From positions 50,154,159 to 50,218,158 of the forward strand of contig NC_068999.1 of NCBI RefSeq assembly GCF_001194135.2: a stretch of 64,000 bases of DNA. The letters run 5' to 3'. Source of the stretch: Octopus bimaculoides. Taxonomy: Eukaryota. The translations under genes were made by a program, and so were the position numbers. This document shows, in pieces, positions 38,743-51,702 of the stretch. Each line of letters opens with the position of its first letter. The first letter of the stretch is position 1. The notes under the pieces are model-generated. The model was not told the origin of the DNA. It worked only from the letters and a program-made list of their open reading frames with translations, and did no database searches.

Positions 38743-40112
38743 TCCTATACATTAAAACATAGAATGGCAAATCCTTAACAGAAAGTCAAATTCTTTTCCT
38801 TCAAGTCAGTCCTTCTATATCAAATGGTCAGATGAATGCTCTTCTGTTCTGGTTATCTTTGAAACATAAACATAACTGAAATCTTCATTTACTTTCAGAA
38901 AAATCTTAATGGCACAACTAAAGCTAAGTCTTTATCAAGCGAGAGATATGTTTACCAATTTCTATTAGTGAATCCATTTCCCTTTTCTGTTTCAAACAGG
39001 TGCTTTATTTGTTCATTTGTTCATTTAGTATGCTTTTCCATATAAGTTGACAATAACAGTAATGAAGGCATTTTTTTTACAGCTAGATGCTCTTCTCGTT
39101 GCTAATCCTTAGCTGTATTTCAAGTAAGAGATTTTTCTTCCACGTACCATCAAAAGTGCTGAGTTACAAGACAATGTGTTGACAGGAAATTGTCAACATA
39201 ACTTTACAGCTTTTGCTCAAGTAATTTCCTATGAAGACATCAAAGAATATAAATATTCACATCACCACCACTTTAACATCCAGTTTTCCACGCTTGCATG
39301 GGTCTGACAGTCTTTTATCAAAGCAGGGTTTCTACAGCCAGATGCCCTTCCTGTCGTCAACCACTAGCTGTTTCTAAACACAGTAATATTTTCCCGTGGT
39401 CAGACATGTTTCTGCAGTATACTAGAAATGACATTCGTTTACGGCAACCACACAACATTAAGACAAAGTGACATAAACACACATACGCATATATAGGGCA
39501 GAAACTAACTTCACTCACAAAGCTTTTGTTAGCCGAGGACTATTGAAAACACTAGGCCAGGTTGCCACACAATAGGATTGAACCTGAAACCATGTGGTCG
39601 GGGGGGGGGGACTCCTTCCACACAACCCACCTGCACCTATATATTTATGTGTGTGTGCGCATGCACACGCATTAACACACACAAATATGGATCCCACCAC
39701 CCCCCAGAGGTAAAAATAGGCTTGTGCAGGGCCAACACGCCTATCTAGGAAAAAGTAAAGTTACAGAGTTATACAAAAGTGTTGATGACAATTCAAAACT
39801 ATCAAGGCCTGGAAGAGGGGAACCATCCCTCAAGGACAGAGAGGTTGTATCCTCCCAGAGTCAAGGACAGTATAGAAAAATTCATAAATGGCCTATATTC
39901 CATGGGGGAATAAATAAGAAATTACAATTTAGTAATACTGAATATTTTTATAATCTATTCAAAATCTAATTACAACATTTTTTTGTTTTTTTAAATGTCA
40001 TTCCTTCTTCATGCAAGTCTGAACAGTACCAGGTTATCGATGTCTGAAAGTGAGAGGAGAGGACATTTGGAATCATCTCAGAAAATTACTAAGTGAAACA
40101 CAGGTCGTTCAC

Positions 40113-40274
40113 CTTGATGCTATCTGGCAGAGACCACATAGGCACTGGAGCTTGGCTAAATAGATTCAGAAAAGCTTGCAGCTGTTATATGTGCTTGTAT
40201 ATCTGCTCTACTTGGGCTTCAGTCTTAACACAGTGAGCATGAATCCTCTCTCTTTCTCAGTATGTTGACTCCGT
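40113..40274 (-). other. Candidate EMSY 5' UTR exon
   Basis: Strong (T)n-gccttag acceptor and AAG|GTGAAC donor around non-repetitive sequence upstream of coding exon 1. Confidence 0.4.
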
Positions 40275-40995
40275 CTAAGGCAAAAAAAAAAAAAGTTCAG
40301 TGACATTTGTGTACGTTGGCAACTGTAAAACATTCTCCTTACTATCCTCCATGAAGTTAAGTGTCCAACTGATAGGCAGAGAGAGAGACGAGGAAGTTTA
40401 GCTCGTATCATATAAAAAGAAGGACATGGCTGTGTAATCAAAAATATACTATGTTTGAGGATTGGGGGAAGGATGGGCTGATTAGAACTGAGAAAGATTT
40501 GGTACACAGGTCTCTTTGACCAGATCTGATCTTAGGGCTAAACTGCACACACGCAAACACACACACACACACAGACACATACACACGTGAGCAGCAAACA
40601 GCATGTCTGTCAGCCTACTACTCCTCAACGTTAGAGAGAGAGAGAGAGAGGAAACTGCTATTCATCATATATATTGTTTACAGGCTACCTGCTAAACTTA
40701 GGTGTGNNNNNNNNNNNNNNNNNNNNNNNNNNNNNNNNNNNNNNNNNNNNNNNNNNNNNNNNNNNNNNNNNNNNNNNNNATGTCTATAAATACATCCTAT
40801 TCTGGTCTACTTAGTAAAAATGTTAAAAACTGGCCAAATTTCAAATTTAACTTTATAAAATTTTAACGCATAATATGCCAATTGGCTGTTCGGATCTCTT
40901 CAAAAACACACGCAATTTTCTATATCATCATTATCAATTTATTTATTTTTTGCAAAATTTTAAATAATGCCATGGCAATTTTCTGTCTACTACAA

Positions 40996-41027
<32 letters not shown>

Positions 41028-43103
41028 TAATCATGGTTTCAAATTTTGGCACAAGGCCAGCAATTTTAGGAGACGGGTGTAGTTGATTACATCAACACCA
41101 ATATTTAACTGGTACTTTATTTTATCATCCTCAAAAGGATGAAAGGCAAGGTTGACGGCTGAATTTGAACTCCAAACATTAAACACCAGAAGAAATGCAG
41201 CTAAGCATTTTGTCTGGCATGTAAATGATACTGCTCATTCGTTGCCTTAATAATAATAATAATAATAATCTTTTCTAAGAAAGGCACAAGGTCTGAAATT
41301 TAGGAGGAGGGGGCTAGTCGATTACATCAACACGAGAAGGATGGAAGGTAAAGTTGACCGCCTCGGAATTTGAATTCAGAACATAAAGACAGACGAAATG
41401 TCGTTAGCATTTTGTCCAGTATGCAGTGGTCCTACTCCTTTCAATGCCTCAATAAATGAATAAATAAATAAGCAATAATAACAACAACAACAATCATGAT
41501 TTCTCTTTATTAACCTCTACAGGTTTACAAAGAGATCGAGGATGATACAATACAAAATAATAATGATAATAATCGGAGTAGTAATGGAAATAGAAGACGT
41601 ATTACAAAAAAGGAAAAAAAAAAGTCTCACTTCAAATGACCACTAAAAAAAACAAAAAAACAATGGACTAGATAGCAATCTCGCCTTTTATTCTGCATTC
41701 TTCTATATTTTGTTTGATCAGAGAAATCTAACTCCATTTGGCGACTAAAAGGGAAAGCAAAAAAAAAAAAAAAAAATTCATAAAAGAGTCTCTGAAATAC
41801 TGCGAACCTACAACTAACTCATATCAACATAGGACTAGCAGAAGCAATACATGTGCTAGTTAGTGCTGATCATAGTAGTAGTAGAAGTAGTAGTAGCAGC
41901 AGCAGTGATATGGAACCAGTGATGACTTTTGCATGAAGTGAGTCTGCCTGCAACGGAGACTCACAAGCAGGTTGTTGCAGCTGTGAATGTTGGGAGTGCT
42001 GTGGTTTATAGCCCCAGGCCAGCTGTGATAGAGCAGCTGTGATCAAAGACCTGACATGCAAAGCCAAATAAATGCATAAGAGTATTAAGTGATAGAGCAC
42101 TGTGATGAGCGAAGTAGCTGCGGCAACAGTAGTCAAATATACATAAGGAGACTATGTGAAAAAAGGTACTACTTCAAGATTTATATAATGTATCTTTTAT
42201 CTTTTACTTCTTCCAGTCATTAGACTGCGGCCATGCTGGAGCTTCAAGAATTTTAGTCGAGTATGTTCGAGGGAGCTTATACATGCCACCAGCACGGGAG
42301 CCAGTCATGGGGCACTGGCATCAACCACGTTCACATGGTGATTTTTATGTGCTACCGGCACGAGGAGCCAGTCAGGCAGCAGTAGCATTGACCCATGCTC
42401 GAATGGTGCTTATTGCGTGCCACCTGCATGGACATAAATAAATAAGCTTTACATTTGACAAAGTAATCTGAATGCTAAAGGGTTACACAGACACTTAATG
42501 CATCCCTGGTTGTGATGCAGAAGTCATGGCAACAATGGACAAAAGAATTGGGTTGACAAGTATTTGGCTTTCATACAGAGGAGAGTTGATTTTAGCCCCA
42601 GGTCAACCTTGAAGCAGATTGGTGACAGACTAAAGGTATTCCACCCATGATGATCGTGCCTTTTCCCAATGGCTACATATCCTACACTTATGTTTTTGAG
42701 ACAACATTGAAAGTCAAGGGATATTTGGCTATTATTTCCAGCAGCAAGAGTAACCGCATAGAAGCAAATTTGCTGGTTCCAGTAGAGATGTATGGTGGGC
42801 AGAAATTAGTAGTAGGTAAATGCAAATATTAACATACAAGTAAAACCATTAGCGACTTAATAGCGACAATGGCTGTTCTTTTATCAAAAGAATATACTGT
42901 TGCTAGGTTGCTAGGTAATAGTTTATCACTAAGTATAGTCATAACTAGCTGAAACCAAATATTGATGGTGATAACATTTATGTGCTTTTGTACTAAGAAC
43001 ACCCACTCTCTTGGTGGCACAGTCTTACTAGCTTAAAACTGCTACTACAGGCATTAATTCTATTAGACCAGTAGTTGGTGCTATTTTAGTTTTGAAATAT
43101 ATA

Positions 43104-43489
43104 GGCGTAGGAGTGGCTGTGTGGTAAGTAGCTTGTTTATCAACTACATGGTTCTGGGTTCAGTCCCACTGCATGGTACCTTGGGCAAGTGTCTTCTACT
43201 ATAGCCTCGGGCCAACTAAAGCCTTGTCAGTGGATTTGGTAGACAGAAACTGAAAGAAGCCTGTCATGTGTGTGTGTATATATATATGTATGTATATGTT
43301 TGTGTGTCTGTGTTTGTCACCCTAACATCACTTGACAACTGATGCTGGTGTGTTTACGTCCCTGTAACTTAGCGGTTCGGCAAAAGAGACCGATAGAATA
43401 AGTACTAGGCTTACAAAGAATAAATCCTGGGGTTGATTTGCTCGACTAAAGGCGGTGCTCCAGCAAGGCCGCAGTCAAATGACTGAAAC
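43104..43489 (+). mobile_element. tRNA-derived CORE-like SINE (family A), full-length, with internal (TA)n/(TG)n tract
   Basis: A box TGGCTGTGTGGT, B box GGTTCAGTCCC, CORE-like ACCTTGGGCAAGTG. Related copies near 1-155(-), 696-989, 1382-1768, 10460-10610(-), 13356-13610(-), 13853-13990(-), 20596-20921, 26070-26240(-), 34150-34467, 37195-37335(-), 53357-53520, 54340-54578, 61190-61345(-). Confidence 0.88.
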
Positions 43490-43645
43490 GAGGTTGCCAT
43501 NNNNNNNNNNNNNNNNNNNNNNNNNNNNNNNNNNNNNNNNNNNNNNNNNNNNNNNNNNNNNNNNNNNNNNNNNNNNNNNNNNNNNNNNNNNNNNNNNNNN
43601 NNNNNNNNNNNNNNNNNNNNNNNNNNNNNNNNNNNNNNNNNNNNN

Positions 43646-44310
43646 NNNNNNNNNNNNNNNNNNNCAACCTTTGTTTTGAGTTGAAGAATTGGCTGAGTGC
43701 CAATCTTGCAGCGAGAACGTTGATCATGATCCCTTTTCTAAAAGCCCCATCTAACATTTTGACTAGACCTGCCTCTACTTTGTTTCTTTCTACTGCTAGT
43801 CCTCTGCCAAACCTTACTGATTCAATTCTAATTGCCCTTTTCAGAGCAAACCATCATTTATTGTTGATTATTGCCCCCTTCAATGCCCCCTTAACTAGTT
43901 CACTAATCTGCTCACTGACATCTTTACGCGTCAGCAACATGTTCAGCTTCCAGTAACTGGGTCCCTGTCTATGAAGCCTATCTAAGTTGACTGTACAGAT
44001 CACAAATTTGTAGTCTATGTAGTAGACTACTTTAAACCGTGGACAATTTATGCTATCCTTATCTGCTATTCAACAGAATACCCTATCTAGATATGATCTG
44101 GATATCCCGATGCAGTTTGACCAGGTCCACACTGGCACATCCAGGAAATCCAGTCGATACCTGTCAGACAGTTGGAATTGTCTGTCTGAAGTCCGTGTTG
44201 TTATTTGACAGACAGCACAAACCCCAGGTAGACAAAATATCGTCAATCAACGTCACGATATTGTATACTGTGCAACGTCTGCACATGGGTAGTCATGATG
44301 GGTATACTGG
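43646..44310 (-). mobile_element. L1/Tx1-clade LINE ORF2 fragment (APE endonuclease C-half and linker)
   Basis: VWTWSN...SRSYLDRV...GPSYWKLN...*WFALKRAIRIES..., with in-frame stops; truncated by a gap. Confidence 0.85.
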
Positions 44311-44352
44311 GCTTCGTATATTTTACCCCAGTGTCACTTTGATGGCATGCAC

Positions 44353-44386
<34 letters not shown>

Positions 44387-44786
44387 CAATATCTAGAGTG
44401 ACATGCTAACTTTAAAGCAAATGAGAGATCATTAAAAAGTGGTTAACATAAACATTTCAAGAGAATGAAGAAAAATTTTTTTAAAGAAGACGAAAGAAGA
44501 CATAATTCAATAAATACAAAAAAAAAAACTGGTGTTAAAGTAGCTAATTGACAAAAGAAAAACACTAGAAGAAAGCCAATTAATTCAAGTGTTCGGTGGG
44601 GAGGAAAACAAAAGACAAAAACAAACACAAACAAAACCAATAGAGAAGGAGCAATGAAGTTTGTATAAGCTTCATCAGATTAAAGTGGGTTGTTACAGTC
44701 AGCTAAGAGAATAAATTGGACTGTTGCTGAATGCAATGGCTGCATGGCAGATTTAGTGTTTCAGTGATAATACTACTTCTAATAGT

Positions 44787-45168
44787 GGAGGCGCAATAGC
44801 CCAGTGGTTAGGGCAGCGGACTCGGAGTCATAGGATCGCAGTTTTGATTCCCAGACCGGGCGTTGTAAGTGTTTATTGAGTGAAAACACCTAAAGCTCCA
44901 CAAGGCTCCAGCAGGGGATGGTGGTGAACCCTGCTGTACTCTTTCACCACAACTTTCTCTCACTTTTACTTCCTGTTTCTGTTGTACCTGTAATTCAAAG
45001 GGTCAGCCTTGTCACAGTCTGTGTCAAGCTGAATATCTCCGAGAACTACATTAAGGGTACACGTGTCTGTGGAGTGCTCAGCCACTTGCACGTTAATTTC
45101 ACGAGCAGGCTGTTCCGTTGATGGGATCAACTGGAACCCTCGACGTCGTTAGCGACGGAGTGCCAACA
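44787..45168 (+). mobile_element. tRNA-derived SINE (family B), full-length
   Basis: tRNA-like head GGCGCAATAGCCCAGTGGTTAGGGC...GATTCCC and a shared body; copies at 24533-24859(+), 9524-9907(-) and a 3' fragment at 3790-3886(-). Confidence 0.88.
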
Positions 45169-45527
45169 CACACACACTACTATTAATAATAATAATAGGG
45201 ATGATGATTTCTTTTATTGGCCACAAGGGCCCAAGGCATGGCAGACAATATCAAAGGACAAAGATACAACACACAAAAACAGGTGGGGTTTACATCAACC
45301 AAAGGGAGACACTATAACATTAAAGGATATATAAATAGAAGTTAGAGGAATAAATGATTAATAAACAAATAATAAAAATTCTACTATAGACACTCTCCTG
45401 TAAACATAAGGCCTGAAACTTCAGGGGAGGGTACTAGTTGATTACACTGACCCCTGTGCTCAACTGGTACTTATTTTATCGACCCTGGAAGAACGAAAGG
45501 CAAAGTCAACCCCAGCAGAATATAATG

Positions 45528-45748
45528 ATAATTCTTTCTACTATAGGTACAAGGCCTGAAATTTTGGGGGAAGGGGACTAGTTGATTACATCGACCCCAG
45601 TGTTTCACTGGTACTTAATTTTATCAACCCTGAAAAGATGAAAGGCAAAGTCAATCTCGGTGGAATTTGAACTCAGAACGTAAAGACAGAGGAAACGCCA
45701 CTAAGCATTTTGCCCAGCATGCTAACAATTCTGCCAGCTCACTGCCAT
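45528..45748 (-). mobile_element. tRNA-derived SINE (family F) with a GCCTTTCATC...GGTCGATAAA central domain
   Basis: Repeated at 2424-2580(+), 7505-7705, 9225-9440(+), 13622-13852, 41030-41248, 41270-41430 and 45398-45522. The central domain resembles the Meta-SINE domain as I recall it. Confidence 0.8.
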
Positions 45749-48116
45749 AAAAATAATAATTTTTTTATTAGCTAGAGAGGGGAGGGGCGCATCATAAAGA
45801 CAGACAACAATGTTTCGAAAACTCCCTAAGTTCTAATAATACATTTCAGACAGATTCAGAGCCAAAGTGCTCAAGCAGAAATACTTTTATAGCTAATATT
45901 CTGCTCAATACCACAGATTTGCTTGTCAGTTGCTTGATCATAACCACTTGAGCTTGTCCTTCAGTGGCCGACAATATGTGCATCTCTGATCATAAGCAGG
46001 AGTAGGGAGGGAGCATCATAGCTACATGTTAAGAGGGATTCTTTGGGATTTGAGTAACACAACAAAAGCAAAGTTTGAAGAAAATATAAGCCATTCTTCA
46101 TACTTACCAGTGGTAAGCAAATAGACAATAACAGTTGTTATCCAAGGGCAAAATTTGTGTTACACAGGGTAATAACAGTTTTATTGTGGGGATTAAAGAC
46201 AGTCAATATTTAATTTCTGATTTCACTGATACTTGTATTCTATCAACTTCAAACATTTTGTCATGTCACTAGACATTATATGTTAATATACAAAATACAC
46301 CTTTACTATTAGGGAATAAATATCAGCTCCATTGTGAATGGTATCTGTAGAAAGCCAACATCTGATAAAGATCATTCTGTTAACCACTTTAGATAATCCT
46401 CAACCATTTTTTACCTACTGACTCCTTTGATTACTATTTTACACTGGTGGACCCTGCATAGCTTCCTGATGTTTAAAAACTAGTTTTATAGATACTTCTT
46501 TCAACATTCCTATATTGTTCTTCAAACAATATAGGAATTATGTAAAACATTTGAAAAAGAAACCTTGCTGTTTCTTCCAATAGGTACATCTAAATCAAAA
46601 TTTTTTCATGAACCCTTAATATACTAATGTGGGCCCAGATTTACTACTTTGCTTGCATGGTCTCCTAAAAATCTTATATGGACCCCCCCCCCAGGGGTCA
46701 TACAGACCCCAGTTGAGAATCACTGGTTATGACCTATTCTGTAACCTCCAAATCCTAAAATGTGATGCTGGTGAATTAGCAAGCAGTTGCCATTCAGAAT
46801 CTATCATTTCCCTATTAAAAAAAGAAAAAAAAAGCAAACAATAAAACACTAAAATGTTTGAAATTTTGGAAAATCTCTAAAAATCTTAAAAGCCCCAGTT
46901 CTGGTACCACATAAAAAGCACCCATTACACTTAATAAAGTGGTTGGCATTAGGAATGGCATCCAGCAGTAGTGGCCATGCCCAAACAGACAATGGAGCCT
47001 GTCTCCCCCACCCCCGCCAGCCTTACCAGCTCCTGTTAAACTGTCTACAAGCCATGCCAACATGGAAAACGGATGAATGATGATGATGATGATGATGATC
47101 CAATAAATCTTCAAAATAGTTTTGGTTGTTTAATGAAAATTCGATTTGGTTGTTATGTTTTTGGAGTATGATTCTCATAAAATTCCAACCATTTTGCTTC
47201 CATGTTTCTCAACCTAAATTGAAAATGGGAATAGATAATCTTGCATACATATGCGTCTTACTTGCTTCTAATCAATGAATGAAAAAAAAAAACAAAAAAA
47301 AACCCCTAAGCTAGTGATCTCAAATTATGTATTATTTCTATTCTAACTCCCTCAAACACATATATACTTATAACTTCAGTAATATATTTAAGCAAGCATT
47401 TGTTGGGAAAGGAATTCTGATAGTCTGCCAGCGGTGAAGATTCATAGTTGTATTGTGTACACACTGGTCACCCATTTTCAGCTTGCACAGGATGCATACA
47501 CTAATTTTTCCACCACTGAATAAAATATGTGTCAGTTTGAGTGTAAATAAAAATAATAATACATATTTCATAATCGAATTATTTGCTCGACTTAATTGTG
47601 AAGAACATCAGGAAGAGAAAATCTTACTTTTCAATCATGAAATTGAATTATAGGCGAGTATATATACACACATACAACACACTGACATATCACGTAAAGG
47701 TTACTGAATTAGACAGCAAAACAAAACTATAGTGATTTTTAGAAGTTGGGTGAGGCCTTCTTTGATGATACGAGCCTAAAAAAATAGACAATTAGGAGAG
47801 GAGACTGTTATGACAAGTTTACAACACACTTCAGGCAAAATTAAACAAACTTTGCAAACGACCACAAACAACAATTGCACAAAATTTCATGTCAAACCTA
47901 TATATTTGAATGTTTTATTCTTTTATTTTGCGTATGTATATGATACTTAAAATCTAATTCTGTTTTGTTATTGTTCCAACAGTAAGACACACTAAAAGAA
48001 AACACAGATTCACATTGATAAACAAATGTTCAAATCGAATTCTGCAACATCCACTCATACATAAGCCACTTCATTAAGCTCCAGATGAGGGGGAAAAGGA
48101 AAAAAAAAAACTTTAC

Positions 48117-48210
48117 CTATGACTGAGTTAACTTCTCCTTAATTCATCTTTTCCATTTTCCAACTCACGCGCGCACAGCTCCCTCTCTCTCTCATCTAAA
48201 TTTATATATC
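48117..48210 (-). promoter_or_regulatory. Candidate EMSY first exon / promoter-proximal region
   Basis: TAG|GTAAAG donor at 48116 next to a local CGCGCG and GA-repeat patch; the 5' boundary is a guess. Confidence 0.3.
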
Positions 48211-50159
48211 TATATATATATAACGTGTTTTCCACTGACTATTCTTTTATTCTTTTTCCAGAATACGTTTCAAAGATGAGGTACAAGGAACAGGCATAAA
48301 TATATTTATTTTTTTTTAAATGAAAAGTAGACAGAAAAAAGATATATATATATACACACACAAAACATATTGCCAAAAGGAAGGAAGAAGGTTCATATCT
48401 GATCAAATAAAATAAGGTTTGAAAAATATTTAAAAAATAAAGATGAAATATATCAATTCATTATGTTCAAAGATTGTGATTTAAGCCTTAAGAAATTAGT
48501 TAACATCAATTGATTCCACAAAGGGCTAAGATGAAAGTGATCAAAGCAAAAACAAAAGGCTGTATTCTTCAATATTTAGAATGTTGAAGGAATGATGTTA
48601 CAACAAAATGGAATAACTAATAATGTTTAATATTAAAATGGGGAGATAAGTGATGTAGAGAGTAAGACAAGCCTTTTATAGGTCCGCTTCGTAAATGGAT
48701 ATTTAAAAGATGTGTTAGTTGTGAAGAACAGGAAGATTTCATATCCTGACAGATGTTTAAAGAAACTATTTTGGGAAGAATCCGTTTGAAATATTTCTAG
48801 AGAACTAAAAACAATAAGAAACCACAAAGAAAAATAACCTTATATAGAATTATATTAATATAAAATCCACAATGCAAATTTCAAACCTATTCCTTGGTAG
48901 TTGTGTTCTTTTTTTTTTTATAAGTAAAACAAAATAAGTCAAGAAACATGACATATTAAAATAATTGACAAAAAAAAAAGCAATAACTTTATAAATTTAC
49001 AGCTGTTGGGTGGAATTCGAATATAATGCTTGAGAATAAATCTCATATCGGAGAAACTGATGTGATATTTGAAAAAAAAAATAATAATAATCAGGTAATC
49101 TCCAGCAAAAATTCAAACAAAAAGCTGATCGAATTGTGAAGAAAAAACGTAACAAAAACAAAAGAAAATTTCAAACTAAACATTACTTATATCAAGACGC
49201 AGACTAATTATAAGATATTTAAAGGAAAGAAGACAACAGTTCATGGAGACAAAAAATAAAAATAGGAATCCTCATAGCTAAGTTGAAATTTTGCTCCTTT
49301 TTCTTTTAATTTTTAAGATGCAAAAGAAAAAAAAACTCGGGACAGGCTAAAAGCAGATTTCAGAGTAATAAAAATCAGGCGAAACATTTTTCATGAGAAC
49401 ACTTTAGAAATTAAACAAGAACGATTTTAGCGATCAAAAATACTCAAGGTTTCGAGTAAGTTTAATATTAAATTTTGTTGTCTTTTCCAAGCTGCCTTTT
49501 TTGTCTTCTTTTTGTTGAAGATGCAGAAAACTCTGCAATGACACAGTACTGATGCTTGATTGAATCAGAATAAAATCATAATAGTTACATTATTTTACAT
49601 GAAATAATCGGTAATCTATATTGAGAAATCTACCAAAAAGCCAATCTAATTCTTTGGAAAACATTTTAATAAATATGTAATAGAAAAAAGAAAGAAAAAG
49701 GCGAGAAAACATGACACTTTGTGTCTTGTTTTCTCATTTCACAGAGCTGAAGAGACCTCATTTTTTTTTTACAATCAACGAATTCTCAATTTATAATCAT
49801 TGGCTGCAGAAAATATCTACATGATACATTAATACAGTAGTAGAAATTTTGTCTCTGTACCTTATATAGTGATGAGTTGTTCAATTTGACTGTATAAAAT
49901 GAATTTTCAACTTGCCAAGATAAAAGGGAAATCACACAAGCGCCATAATATCATAAGGCGGGTTTGAGTACGCATGACAGAAGATAGACAAAACTAAGGA
50001 AACGATAAAATGACATTTGGAGAAAAAATCTTTTTTACAAATTCTAATGAATTATTATGTAAGCAATATACTTACATTAAATTATAAAACTATTCATTTT
50101 GAGTAAATTTTTTTCTAAAATTGATTAAAAGTAGATTGTATAAGATGATATAGATTAGT

Positions 50160-50248
50160 TAGTTCTGACAAATGCCAGTAATCGTTGCTACGCATGCGTT
50201 AAGTTTACTGTTTCAACATGGTTGGCAAGTTGACCCTAACAAGTAAGT
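50160..50248 (+). promoter_or_regulatory. Candidate CEP19 non-coding first exon and promoter elements
   Basis: GTAAGT donor at 50243; GTTGCTA (RFX half-site-like) at 50184 adjoining the palindrome ACGCATGCGT (NRF1-like) at 50190-50199. Confidence 0.3.
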
Positions 50249-51702
50249 ACAGATAGATTTTAATGTTTAATTCTCGACTTAAAATAATTTTCCGATTCTT
50301 CTGTAACTGAAATTATTGGAAAAAATAAAGATACACCAGATACTACTTGTCAAATTATTTTTTACTTTTAATTCCATCTCTAAAACATTGTTTTTTTATG
50401 TCGAATGTTGCTACTTAGCATAACTTTGCAATGTATGGAGATCTAACCTTTCTTTCTCGTTGTGTCGTATTTTTGTCGCGATACGTCTGTTACTTTTCCC
50501 CGCCTGCAAAAAGTTAGAAATATATAATCATGGAATTTTAAGGATATGTCATTACTTCATAACTAATTTGTGTGGTCGGACCATCGCTGAAAACTTCGTC
50601 TTGAGGTGTCGATTGCATGGGAATAGCAGTTTCTTTCTTCTCCGAGTCAACATGGGGATTGTTCAACTCGACTCTTAAAAAGTGACAAAACACTCTCTAT
50701 TGTTTATAGTGCACAGGTGAATTGAGCTGTTGAAAGTCAAATGGGTTTTTCTTTCTTGAGAACACCTCACAGCATCGATCGGAAAATGCTGGATGCGAAA
50801 TGTCGACCCTTCGGCCAGGAAGCCATGATCAGTGCCACTTGCGGGTCAACTTCATCTCGCCTTACAGAATATTAATGGAATATAAGTATGTATAGTGTTC
50901 ATACCTTCATGGAGGACTTTTGCAGAATTCACGAAGTGTTTCAGCAAAGAGTTCATTTTCTCTTAAACTTAAATGCTGTATATTGCTGTTAATGTAATAC
51001 CAGTTATGATAAGAATTCTGCATCACAGTCTTGGAAACATTCAGAATACAATAAAAATATGGCATTCCATAAATAGCACCATTGTCTTCCTGTCTGTCTT
51101 GGAATATCCAATTACTGTGTCCCGTGCACTAATGTGTGTCTCCTAGTAACTGAACATGTGATGTATCTGGACTGGCACCTTCATTTGACAAGATTCTTGT
51201 GATTTTCCAAAAAATTTTTTCTTAAGTGAGATATTATTTTGCCAAAACACCCCACCCATCTATGAATATAATATAGAAGTCGGTAAAAACCTGTTTGTAG
51301 ATATTTTGTGTTTATTATCTAATCTGTCGACTCAAACGCACACCAATCAGGACATATTGTGTAAATTATTTTCACCTTGGCGAAAAGAAGTTCGGAATTC
51401 GTCTTCCATTGAACTACTGATGTATTTGGTACATTTATTATAACTATGTTATTGTGTAAGAAATCTGCTTACAGCACGGTGGAAAATGGTATGAAAAAAT
51501 GATCATCAGAAAACACACAAGTCATCCTGTTAAAGCTATAAAAATAGGTTTTGTTACAAAGAAAAAGAAATAAATTATTAGATGATGTGTTTTCCTTTTT
51601 ATTTATATCTATATAGATTATCAAAATATTGGGATTATACAAAACAGATAAAGTCACTGAAACATGTAAACCCTTAAACAGTTCAAAGAAATATGTGGAT
51701 TG

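Noticed and set aside
44787-44860. tRNA gene-like sequences (also 24533, 43104, 344)
   Set aside because: They are SINE heads: A and B boxes are present, but there is no complete acceptor stem and they continue into shared SINE bodies.
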